A stretch of 64,000 bases of DNA from Octopus vulgaris (lineage: Eukaryota): positions 48,546,001 through 48,610,000 of the forward strand of contig OX597835.1 in the NCBI GenBank assembly GCA_951406725.2, written 5' to 3'. Positions 1 through 12,593 of this stretch are shown here, in pieces. Numbering within the stretch: position 1 is the first letter of the stretch; the number at the start of each line of letters is the position of its first letter. The notes under the pieces are model-generated. The model was not told the origin of the DNA. It saw nothing but the letters and a program-made list of their open reading frames with translations, and searched no databases. The translations under genes were made by a program, and so were the position numbers.

Positions 1-221
1 TATATTTATATATATATATGTGTGTGTATGTGTGTGTGTGTGTGTATACTAATACGTGTGTGTTTGTGATTTTGTCCGTTTTAGGCGATTCTATACGTGT
101 GTATTTGTTTACTCTTTTTTCTTAAACTGGTTCTTTATTTTGTATGTTTTTCTTTATTGCCCTCTGAGTGATTAGATGGTTAGGGTTCAGGAGAATGAAT
201 GAAAAGAAAAAAAAGAAAGTG

Positions 222-276
<55 letters not shown>

Positions 277-381
277 GGGAAGAAATGAGCGGAACGGTGG
301 AGGAATGGAAGGAAAACAAATACATACACAGACTCACACACATACATATGTATATGTATGTGTATATATATACATATATAT

Positions 382-423
<42 letters not shown>

Positions 424-800
424 GCATATATATATATATATATGTGTGTGTGTATATATATAGGCATATGTATGTCTATATGTTCATACAAAGAGAGAGA
501 TATATACACACATGTATAGCATGCATGTATATTCATGTATATGTCTGTGTGTATAAAATGATATATCAATAGAGAGTGAGAAATATACATGATATAATTT
601 ATCAATATGTCTGTTAATGTGGTTAGCGTTCTAAAAGTCGCCATTTTAGGAGAGCTGCCATTTTATAAGGTCTAGCACTTTGAGCATTATCGCTGTTGTC
701 TTTTGTTTTAGTGTTGCCATCCTTAGTCCATAAGGTTGTTGCTGTGTTCATTGTTTCTAATGCTGTTGTTGTTGTTGTTTGTTGTCGCTGCTAATGTCAT

Positions 801-1029
801 TACTCTTTACTCTTTTACTCTTTTACTTGTTTCAGTCATTTTGACTGCGGCCATGCTGGAGCACCGCCTTTAGTCGAGCAAATCGACCCCAGGACTTATT
901 CTTTGTAAGCCCAGTACTTATTCTATCGGTCTCTTTTACTGAACCGCTAAGTGACGGGGACATAAACACACCAGCATCGGTTGTCAAGCAATGCTAGGGG
1001 GACAAACACAGACACACAAACATACACAT

Positions 1030-1080
<51 letters not shown>

Positions 1081-1242
1081 TACGACAGGCTTCTTTCAGT
1101 TTCCGTCTACCAAATACACTCACAAGGCATTGGTCGGCCCGGGGCTATAGCAGAAGACACTTGCCCAAGATGCCACGCAGTGGGACTGAACCCTGAACCA
1201 TGTGGTTGGTTAGCAAACTACTTACCACACAGCCACTCCTGC
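801..1242 (-). mobile_element. tRNA-derived SINE, family A, full length, with internal (CA)n/(TA)n tract
   Basis: Minus strand starts GCAGGAGTGGCTGTGTGGTAAG (A-box-like) and has GGTTCAGTCCC (B-box-like). It ends in an (AAAGAGT)-type tail. Homologous copies at 32140, 34240, 60375 and 63368. Confidence 0.85.
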
Positions 1243-2102
1243 TGCTGTGATTTTTATAAAACTATTTCTGTTGGTGCTTCTGCCCCTTTTTTAAAAAAGT
1301 TTTCTTGATTTTGCTGTGGATGCTGTGTTTCTATTCTCTCTGTTGTCTTCGTTCTTTTAGTTATTAATCTAATAGTGCTAAGGTTGGTATTTTTGATATT
1401 TTTCACTGACATCGTCTTCGTGATCGTCGTGCTTCTGTTGTTGTTCTTAGATTCATTATTGCTGTTGATGTTTAGCCCTCGGCAACCTCTGATATAGCAT
1501 CCCAATGGATCAAATTCGTTGCATCAGTGACCATATCTACTTTCACTTTACTGACGGTACGTTGTTGTTTGAGGAAGATTTCGGTTACCATTTCTAAGAT
1601 CACAAATTCAAGTATGTTACTGTTGGTGTGATACGATTTCTTTCTCTTCCATTTAATTTTCACTTAGTTATGTGCGTTGATGTTGTTGTTGTTGCTAATG
1701 CTGCTGTTTAACCCTAGGTAATGCTTGACTAAGTAAACATAACTAAAGATATTCAGTTTTTTTAGGGCAATGTGGATCCACTTTATTCCATGAATCCTTT
1801 CCTTTTAAGACAATGTAACTTTTGATATGTACTAGGAGAATTTTGCTGTTATTTCTAGCTTGTCGAACGGCCACATAGACGATTGTTGACTCCTGTGTCT
1901 CCTTGTGTATATGTGTATGTAGCTTAGTAAATGTGTATGAATAGATGTGTACATATGTATGTGCATGTGTATTGTATGTTTGTGGACGCACGTTTGTGTA
2001 TGTATGTACATGACTAAATCCACATGTGATTATGTGTATTAGTATACATGTATGTAGGTTTATATGTGTATGACCATTCGTGTGCATGTATATACGTTTA
2101 TC

Positions 2103-2330
2103 GGCGAGCTGGTAGAATCGTTAGCACGCCGTGCGAAATGCGTAGCCGTATTTCGTCTACCGCTACGTCCTGGGTTCAAATTCCGCCGAGGTCGACTTAA
2201 CCTTTCATCCTCTCGGGGTCGATAAATTAAGTGCCAGTTGCGCATTGGGGTCGATATAATCGACTTAATCCGTTTGTCTGTCCTTGTTTGTCCCCTCTGT
2301 GTTTAGCCCCTTGTGGGTAGTAAAGAAATA
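2103..2330 (+). mobile_element. SINE family B
   Basis: GGCGAGCTGGTAGAATCGTTAGC head, GGTTCAAATTCC B-box-like motif, and body CCTTTCATCC..GGGGTCGATAAATTAAGT. Many copies in the window. Confidence 0.8.
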
Positions 2331-2375
2331 TATATACATGTGCGTGTGTTTCGTTTTCAGGAATCGATAAAATAT

Positions 2376-2589
2376 CCTTTCTACTGGAAGCACAGGGCCT
2401 TAAATTTGAGGGCAGGAATTAAGTCGATTTACATCGACCCCAGTGCGAAAACTGATACTTGTTTAATCGACCCCGAAAGGATGAAAGGCAAAATCGACCC
2501 CGGTGGTATTTGAAACTCAGAACGTAAGGACAGGGAAATACCTCTAAGCATTTCGGCAGGCGTGTTAATGATTCTGCCAGCTCGCCGCC
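2376..2589 (-). mobile_element. SINE family B, inverted relative to 2103-2330
   Basis: Reverse complement gives GGCGGCGAGCTGGCAGAATCATTAAC..CCTTTCATCCTTTCGGGGTCGATTAAAC. Confidence 0.8.
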
Positions 2590-3929
2590 GATTAAATATC
2601 AATAACCAACAGTGTCATGTTGGGTGGTCATCTTTGTCTACCGTGATTTTCAGGGGTACATAACTACTGGCTCCAAATTTTGTCACAAGGCCAAGAATTT
2701 TGGGGGAGTGGTTAAGTCGATCACATCGACACCATTGTTCAACTGGTACTTAGTTTTATCGACCCCCTAATTGGGTTTCAGGCTCAATGCAGACGACTAT
2801 ATGAAGCTGCTGGAAGCTGTGGTCAATATGTAGCTGGAGAGGTTTAGTACTGCAAGGTCCTATGTGTGGATTCGTTTCTTCGCCATATCTCCGGAGAGGG
2901 CCATAAGTCATTGTCGGAGAATGTCTTCGACGGCACCAGCCCCAATTGCTGGTCTCAAAAAATTCCACTGATTGTAATTCTATAGATTACTATGTGTAAG
3001 ACACATTTGAGAAAGACACCAAGGCTGAGCTGTTGCCCGAGATCAAAGAGATGTTCAAAGATCCTTCCGGGGACGTGGAGAGGAACCCATAGCGCAGGTT
3101 TAGAGAATTCTTGAGGATCTAGTGTAAGCTGATAGCGGCTACTTTGAGTAAGCTCTCACGATAATCTTAGTTGATATATAACTGTACACACCGAAAATTT
3201 TAAGACACCCAACACAATATTTATTACGTATCAGTTATGATCTTCAGAAACTTCTTGTATCACAAGGGCAATTATATGTTTTAACAGTTAAGAAGCGAGA
3301 AATAGTTTAACTTCGAATCCATTGAAAACTAAAATCATATCAATAGAGCAGATGGAAGTAATCTGCAGAATCGATACAACCGTAAATGCCTTTAAACAAC
3401 ATCAAACTAACATCTGCACAGCAGCAACGAACTCCTAAATAGCGCGAAACTCGCGTGTCGTTCTCTTGAGTCTCGATGTTCGCCTGTCTCCGATGTAGAT
3501 TATACTTGTAACAGAACACTCCCTCTAGAGATTCTCTCTCAGACAAAAAGCACGACATTATGATTTCAACGATGTACATACATTTGCAATGACACACAGC
3601 TGGCGATATTCTAGTTACGTTGTTTTTTACATTCTAAGTTCAAATCCCACAACGATCAACTTTTCGCTCCAGCATTCTTGGGTCATTTGATATACTAAGT
3701 ACCAGTCATATATTCGGGCCGACTAAATTGAATTTACTGCTTCCATCACCATCAAATTTAAAGCCTCGTGACTCAGTTAGACACCAATAATTTTCTTCAT
3801 TTCACTTTCGACATTTTGAGGAATCACACATCAAATTCCTTCAAAACTTTCTTTTAACAGATGTGAGCCAAACACTCACGTTTTTAGTGATTCCAGTTTT
3901 CTACTTTTTTTCTGTTGGTTTTTGTGCTT

Positions 3930-3968
3930 TACTCAGTTTCCCACAGCATGTTAGCCATAACTCATCAG
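3930..3968 (-). ncRNA. Decayed hammerhead-like motif
   Basis: Minus strand: CTGATGA g ttatggc-taacat-gctgtgg GAAA ctgag TA. Core and stem III are present and stem II is mostly G-U pairs. Stem I does not pair. Confidence 0.35.
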
Positions 3969-4184
3969 ATTTCACTAATCTTTCTTCAACAATCTGTCAC
4001 TAATCTTTTTTTTTTCTTATTATCGTTAACTTTTTATCATTATTTTTATTTTAAATAAATTTTAACACGGCATGTTAACAATTATCCAAAAACGAAGAAA
4101 GCAAATATAAACAACAAAACAATACATAAAAGGGAACAAAAAAGACATAAAAGAAATAGCATTTGTTTAAAAAACCAAAAGCAA

Positions 4185-4253
<69 letters not shown>

Positions 4254-4499
4254 GTAACAACAGTACCAAATTTTTGCACGAGGCCAGCAGTTTTGAGAGG
4301 CAAGTCGAGTACATTGCACTCAGTACTGCATTGGTACTTTATTCATCGATCCCGAAGAATGATAAACTAAGACAACTTTCGCGGGATTTGATCTCAGAAA
4401 GGAGAAAAAACCCCTGGAAGGTATGTCACGAGGAATTTTGCGCGATGCGCTAATTAGTTAACCTGTGTCCCACTTCTGCCACTGCTGCTGCTGCTGCTG

Positions 4500-4563
<64 letters not shown>

Positions 4564-4564
4564 A

Positions 4565-4650
<86 letters not shown>

Positions 4651-4665
4651 TAATAATAATAATAA

Positions 4666-4799
4666 TCCTTTCTACAAAAGGCTCAAAGCCTAAAATTTTT
4701 GGGGAGGGGATTAATCGATTACCTCGACCGCAGAACGCAACTGGTACTTAATTTATCGACCCCAGAAGGATGAAAAGCAAAGTCGAACTCCGCGGAATT

Positions 4800-4802
<3 letters not shown>
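4666..4802 (-). mobile_element. SINE family B fragment between trinucleotide microsatellites
   Basis: CTGGTACTTAATTTATCGACCCCAGAAGGATGAAAAGCAAAGTCGA matches the family B body. A more decayed copy lies at about 4270-4460. Confidence 0.7.
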
Positions 4803-4845
<43 letters not shown>

Positions 4846-5092
4846 GAGGAGGAGGAGGAGGAGGAGGAGGAGGAGAATTCAGAAGAAACTAAAAGCAGAA
4901 AACACATGATAGTAAGGGGCCACTTCCCTTCGCAGGAATCAAACCCATTTATAACCGTATCTATATATCTAGTCTATACACAACGTTACTATCATACCCG
5001 ATTGATAAAAGTCGCAAATAATATTTCCGCCCTCACAATTTTATTTGGTTCAGTTCCTTTTTTTATTTATTTGTTTTTCATTTTTACTATAT

Positions 5093-5123
<31 letters not shown>

Positions 5124-5423
5124 TCTATTTATTTCATTCTTGTTTATATTTTCTCGTTATTGTGTTTTAAGTATTTATCACTTCCGGTTGTCTAACACAA
5201 CATCCATAACATACGTTTCCGTTTATTTTCTCAGTTTTAAAACAAATTTAAAGTGAATAATTGAGGAATTTGATCGCTTCTAGCGCTAAATATACACACA
5301 CACAGAAACACACACACACACACACACACGTGAATATATATGTGTGTGTATGTATTTATGCATGTATATATTATATACCTATATATATATATATATTTAT
5401 GTATAAATAGATATCTATAGATA

Positions 5424-5465
<42 letters not shown>

Positions 5466-5492
5466 ATATATATATACAGATGTGTGTGTATG

Positions 5493-5525
<33 letters not shown>

Positions 5526-6753
5526 GTGTACATATATGTATGTATATATATATATGTGTACATATATGGATGTATATATATATTTATATATACATATATA
5601 CATATATATATATATGTATGTATATATATATGTGTGTACATATATATATATATATGTATATATATATTTATATATACATATATACATATATATATGTATA
5701 AATAAATACACACACATATATAGTCTCACACATGCACACACACAAACGTATATGCACGTATGTGTGTGCTGTGTGTTGAGTGTATATATTTATTTGTTTT
5801 TGTGATGTGATGAACGGGGCGGGAATTTTTTTATGGTTGTATCTTGCAGGGTGGGTGTATATGAAGGGAATAATGAATAATTGTCTACCAAACCGCAAAA
5901 TATAAAAAGTAAACGAAGCAAAGAAAAAAAAATGGAAATCACAGTGTTGAAATATTACCACTTGCCAAGAGTTATACATAGAATATCGTTTTGTGCGCTT
6001 TCCTAAAAATTGTAGAAGTTTTAGCTGAGGAAATTCGACAAGTTTCATTCGTAATTTAAATCTTACAGTTCGGCTGGCTGGATAAAAAACCTGGTTTCTC
6101 AACTGTGCGGTTCTGGATTGGATTCCATTAAGCAGCACGTTGGAAAACCTCATTTTTCTTTATATAGGCTCAAGAATGGATATGTTAATAGAGAAAGTTT
6201 AACTACAAACAACGTGGTTCGTGTCCAATGTCGTCGAGTGAAGACTTGAGCAAATGTCAGCCAATGCAGCTTTGAAGCTTCCGGTAACTTGGGAGAGCAA
6301 TTAATAGACAGACTCTGAGAAAGTCCGTCGCATACACGTGTATGTTGCAGTCTATCTGTCTGTCTGTCTATCAATCTATCAATCTGCATATATAGATATG
6401 TGTGTATGTGTGGGGGTGTATGTATATACACACACACACACGCACATATATATATATATATATACATATACACATATAAATAAATGTATATACATACATA
6501 AACCCAGGTCTGAAATTATTTAACTTTTTCTGGTTTTATTTCTTTGTCCTTTCGCCTTGTGCTGTATTGAATACTTGATTTGGTTTTAGAGTCAGGTTTT
6601 GACTGCTATTTCAAGCATGGTGGTATCTCTTAGATACCCTTCTTTATAATTTTAATAATTGTTATAACCTATATGGTTCTTTTCTTCCACTGCTGCCACT
6701 AGATTTGATCGCAATTTAAAATAACGATCTTATCCTTATTTATATAGAAATTT

Positions 6754-6790
<37 letters not shown>

Positions 6791-6974
6791 GTGTGTGTGT
6801 GTGTGTGTGTATCATAGAGAATCCTAGAAAATCTAAGCCCCTATTCAAACAGCACCAAGCTGAAACTTGTATGTATATATGTATGCACGCATACACACAC
6901 ACGCGCTCACACACATCCACATATGCACACACATGTGCAACCATACACGCGCAAAAACACACACACACACACAC

Positions 6975-7180
6975 AAATAAACGAATCGAAAGTTAGGAAT
7001 GGAAATAAAACAACAAAATTCAAAAGGACGTTTACATGGAACGTATGACACTGACCCGCATTAGAGGAAAGAAAGAGAGTGGGGATTATAACGTTTTGAG
7101 CAAGGGTCTTCATCAGATAGAGGAGAGGGAAAAGTTCCAGAGAGAAGGGAAAAGTCCAAGAAAAGCACAGTGACCATGTA
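6975..7180 (-). mobile_element. Short pLTR-like element with decayed hammerhead, same family as 63555-63771
   Basis: Minus strand 7087-7120: tat CTGATGA agacccttgctc AAAA CGTT ata (G12 mutated). Shares AAGGGAAAAGTCCAA with the 63555 element. Confidence 0.55.
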
Positions 7181-7298
7181 TGCTTATGTTATTCATATAC
7201 AAATATATACGTATGTATATTCACTCTTCTATACGCAGAATGCAACGGTACGTTTCAATGCTTGACGTTTGAAGTTATATCTTTGCTTGAATGTACAG

Positions 7299-7394
7299 GT
7301 TTGCATATTACTGCTTATTTATCGACCACAACGTTCCCAACATACCAGCTATACTGCCGGGACGCCTGCCTTCGCCTATTTACACGTTTTGTGT
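7299..7394 (+). CDS. Possible exon of an unidentified host gene (frame ambiguous)
   Basis: tgtacag acceptor. Open in two frames, with donors gtgtgt (after 7390) or gtacgt (after 7394), both ending in phase 0. Complex island between microsatellites. Confidence 0.2.
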
Positions 7395-7700
7395 GTACGT
7401 ATATGCATAAACATGTTTACATATGCTTGTGTGTGCGTGTGCGTGCATGTGTTTGTATGTCTATACACGTGCTAACGCGCATGTATCTACGATAACTTAC
7501 GTAATACGGGCATACGTATATGAAAACAGAGATAGTCAATTATTCAATGCCATACTCATGCATACATATATGTAGATACATATATGTATATATATATATG
7601 TATATATATATATACATATACACATTTATGTGTGTGTATCTATCTATCTGTTTATCTATGTATCTCTCTATGTATATATGTATCTGTCTATCTCTCTCTC

Positions 7701-7780
<80 letters not shown>

Positions 7781-7818
7781 CATAGTCATATGCACACATA
7801 TACCGATATGTATATGTA

Positions 7819-7870
<52 letters not shown>

Positions 7871-7936
7871 TATATATATATATATATACATACATACATA
7901 TGTATATATATATGCATATATATATACGATATATAC

Positions 7937-7983
<47 letters not shown>

Positions 7984-8709
7984 TATACATATATATAGAC
8001 ACATACATGCAAACATACACACATATATATATATATATATATAAACGTATATAAGCATATATATGTATATATACACACACAAAACAACAAAACAGAAGGA
8101 AATGAAGAGAAAGAGAGACAATGAGAGTCAATGTTTGTCGAAGAGAAAGGAAGGTGAGCGGGGGGAGCGCACGGTCTATAAACATGATTTTCTAAGCTTT
8201 TCTTTGCATGTGCACATGTATGTGTGTATGTGTGTGTATTTATATGCGGCTGCTTTTGAATCGCACACAATCCTATTTCGATGAAACCTATGATGAAATA
8301 AGCAGAAACCTGATTGAGAACAGCTGAACATTTCTGGTAGTTATTTCCCTTGGGAGTAACTCTTCATATCTCGAGAAATTATCTTTTAAAACAACTAGGA
8401 ACAATTAATATGTCCTCCCGCTTCTGAAGCCAAACACAACTACATTTCGCATCTATAACGTTGGCGGAACTCAATTTTAATGATCAACTCCCATTATTGT
8501 GGGATTGTTTTTTCTTTCTTCTTCATTTGTTGTTGTTTTTGTTTTTGATATTGTAGTTGAAGTTGTGTGTTTGTATGTGTGTGTGTGCGCGTGTGTATGC
8601 ATCTGTCTGCAGGCACACTTAATAACACACCTACACATATTCAGTATTCTCCTTATATAAACATGTGTGTATGAATACACACGTACACACAAACGGTCAC
8701 ACACAAACA

Positions 8710-8744
<35 letters not shown>

Positions 8745-8800
8745 ATATATACCAACATACATATATTCATTAGCACAAGTATATATGTATGTGTTTGTGT

Positions 8801-8844
<44 letters not shown>

Positions 8845-8893
8845 AATTGAGGGAGAGAAAGAGACAGAGAGAGTCGTAGTGAGAGAGATGGCT

Positions 8894-8928
<35 letters not shown>

Positions 8929-9322
8929 AGGAAAAAAGAGATTAGCTGCATACATATATTCATACGAACAGACATACTCAGGTATACACATGCGCATGTT
9001 TGCATGTATGCATGAATGTATGTTTATGTACGTATACACACACAAAAGAGCATGCACCCACGCACGCACATACATGCATACATATACATACATACATATG
9101 TAAGGATATGTGTAGATATTTATGCATGCATGTGTGTGGGTGGATAACTGTGAGTTTGTTAAGGGTGGCGCTGGCTGTGGTGAAGCCAGTACTGAAGGCC
9201 GAATCTTTATGTGGAATTTGATTGAAGAATTCCGAACTTATAGTGTTCAATAATTAATAATTTGGAATTGGTTACTTCAGCTTTCTTAAAATCTCTCTCT
9301 CGCTCTTTATTTCTCTCTTTTT

Positions 9323-9396
<74 letters not shown>

Positions 9397-9600
9397 GTCT
9401 GTCTCCTTCTGTGTGAGTGTGTGTGTGTGTATGTGTGTGTGCGTGCGTGTGTTTGCGTGAGTGAGTGTATCTGTACGCTTATTACTGTGTTGTGATCTTC
9501 GTTTCGTTCGTCTAAATGTCTGTATGTGCCTAAGTCTCTACATTCGTGAAAATTGGGATGTGTGTATATTTTCCAGCTGTGTTTGTGTGTGTGTGTGTGT

Positions 9601-9650
<50 letters not shown>

Positions 9651-12451
9651 CACAGAGAAAGATTTGCCTGAGATAAAAGAAAGGCTGAAGCAAGATATCC
9701 TTGCTAAAGCGCAAAGGATCCGCCGGTACTAGAAACGCCAACGCTTCTTTGAACAAAACAAAAAGTTCAACTCCAACCCCAAAAAGTTCTACCAAGAACT
9801 GGGCAAAAATAAAATAGAAGTCACTGCAGCACCAACGGCAGAAGAATTGGAAGAATTCTGGAGAGAAATATGGTCGGCGAACGAACAGCCAAAAAAAAGG
9901 AGTATCAAAATAACAAACTCGGCATCTGAACAACTTTGGACCCCCATAACAACTGAAGAGGTCACCCAGGCACTGCAAAGACTAAGCAACTGGAAGGCAC
10001 CTGGGCATGACAAGATCCCCAACTTCTGGTTGAAATATCTAACAGGAATGCACAAAAAGCTGGCTGAAAACTTTAACAACATACTAGCAGAGCCAGAGAC
10101 AATGCCTGAATGGCTCACGAAGGGGAAAACCATCTTAATTCCCAAATCAAATGAAACAGCAAAACAAGAAACCTACAGACCAATAACCTGCCCCCCTACT
10201 ATGTTCAAGGCATTTACTGCAGTGATATCGCAAAGGCTGAACAAGCACCTAGACGAAAACAAACTGTTCCCAGAAGAGCAGAAAGGATGCCGCAAAGGCT
10301 CATATGGCTGTAAAGATCAACTAATGATTAATAAAGCCATAACTGAAGACAGCCACAGAAAGAAGAAAGGCCTCAGTATGGCCCGGATTGACTACAAAAA
10401 GGCGTTTGATAGCATCCCCCACACATGGATCCTCGAAACACTAGCCATTAACAAAGTAGCACCAACAATCATAAAATTCATAGAGCACTCTATGAATAAA
10501 TGGCAAACAGTCCTACACCTCCAAACAAAAGAGGGACTCATGAAAACTAAAGCCATCCCCATTAGAAGAGGAATATTCCAGGGAGACACGCTCTCTCCAC
10601 TCCTTTTCTGCTTGGCACTGTCACCTCTATCTGATATGCTAAATAGAACTGGATGCGGATATAAATGTTACGGCAAAACGATCAGCCACCTTTAATATAT
10701 GGATGACCTAAAACTATACGCTGCAAATGACAAACAGCTGGAAACACTATTACAGACAGTTCATGGATTTACCAAAGAAATAGATATGAAATTTGGATTA
10801 GAAAAATGCGCCAAAGTAACCATGAAAAGAGGAAAACTAGTTAAGAGTAACAACATCACACTAGATAAAACCAATGAAATAAAAGAATTAGACCAAAGCC
10901 AAACTGACAAATACCTAGGAATCCATGAACTAGATAAGACACAACACACACAAATGAAAGAGAAAATAAAAAAAAATATTATAGACGAGTTAGATCAATA
11001 CTAAAAACAGAGCTCAATGCTAAAAACAAGATAATAGGTATCAACACTTTAGCTGTCCCAGTTATAAGTTACAGCTACAATATCCTTAACTGGACACGAA
11101 ATGATCTGACCAAAATAGATATGAAAACAAGAAAAATAATGACAGGATCTAGGATGCATCACCCAAAATCTGACATATAAAGACTATATATACAACGTAT
11201 AGAAGGTGGTAGAGGCCTTATACAGCTGGAAAACTACTATAAAATAACCACCATAGGACTGCAAAAATATCTACTTCAGAAGGAAGGAAAACTGATCCAG
11301 ATAGCGGCGAAACACGAGCAAAACAAAAAACTGTTCTCAGAATTTAAGGAAGCTGACAAATACAAACAAGAAATCATACCACCTAATAAACATGAGGAAG
11401 AAGAAGAAGAAGAAGAAGAAGAAGAAGAAGAAGAAGAAGAAGAAGAAGAAGAAGAAGAAGAAGCAGAAGAAGAAGAAGAAGAAGAAGAAGAAGAAGAAGA
11501 AGAAGAAGATGAAGAAACAACAAAAGCTATAAAACAAATGAAATCCAAACTAAAAATAGAACAGCAACGAACCATGATAAAACGATGGCAAGAAAAGCCC
11601 CTTCATGGTAAATACTGGACTAAACTAAACGCAAAAGAAATAGACAAAGAAAAATCCCAGCAATGGTTGAGAAGCTCAGGACTGAAAGCAGAAACAGAGG
11701 GATTTTTAATTGCAGCAGAAAACCAAAGCCTCCCCACCAGAAATTACCAAAAACATGTAATGAAAAGAAATATTACAAGTAACTGCAGAATATGTGGAGA
11801 TGGACAAGAAACAATAAATCATATTATCTCTAGTTGCCCAGTCCTGGCTAAGAAGGAATATATTCACAGACATGACAGAGTTGGAACCTACATACATTGG
11901 AAGCTATGCCAACATTATGGAATAACAACAGAAAAAAGATGGTATAGGCACACCAGAAAAGGTCACAGAAAACGAGAAAGCAACCATACTCTGGGATATG
12001 CCGATACACACAGATAGAGAAATTAAGGCCAACAGACCAGATATAGTTGTCAGAGATCATGAAGAAAAATAATGCTTTCTAATTGATGTATCAATACCGG
12101 CAGATGACAACGTGTCTCTAAAAGAAATGGAAAAACTCTCAAAATACAAAGACCTGGAAATAGAGGTAACTAGAATGTGGAATCTGAAAACAGAAACAAT
12201 TCCTATCATAGTAGGTGCATTAGGCATGATAAAAAAATATTCAGACAAATACATAACAAAAACACCAGGACTTACAAACACATATAACATACAGAAAATT
12301 GCACTACTAGGCACTGCACACATCCTACGCAGAACACTTTCCATACAATAACCATCAGAGCATCACAACAAATCACAGCACATACCCAAGGCACACAGAG
12401 CTGCGCTCGGTAGTGAAGTGAAAGCACGCTATAAAAATAAAACTACTGAAT
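9651..12451 (+). mobile_element. R4/Dong-type non-LTR retrotransposon (RT + CCHC + restriction-like endonuclease), 5'-truncated, inactivated
   Basis: RT motifs YRPITC, EEQKGCRKGSYGCKDQL, IDYKKAFDSIPH, RGIFQGDTLSPLLF, YMDDLKLY. Zinc knuckle CRICGDGQETINHIISSC. RLE motifs RHDRVG and NRPDIV..LIDVSIP..EKLSKYKDL. Stops and frameshifts are present. (TAA)n on both flanks. Confidence 0.93.
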
Positions 12452-12452
12452 G

Positions 12453-12576
<124 letters not shown>

Positions 12577-12593
12577 GGATAATAATAATAATA

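Noticed and set aside
1160-1242. tRNA-like A/B boxes
   Set aside because: These are SINE heads with no cloverleaf, so they were not called as tRNA genes.
6069-6283. Exon-like island with acceptors at 6068 and 6167 and a donor near 6284
   Set aside because: All frames spanning acceptor to donor contain stops. Only a short MSANAALKLP start remains, which is unsupported.
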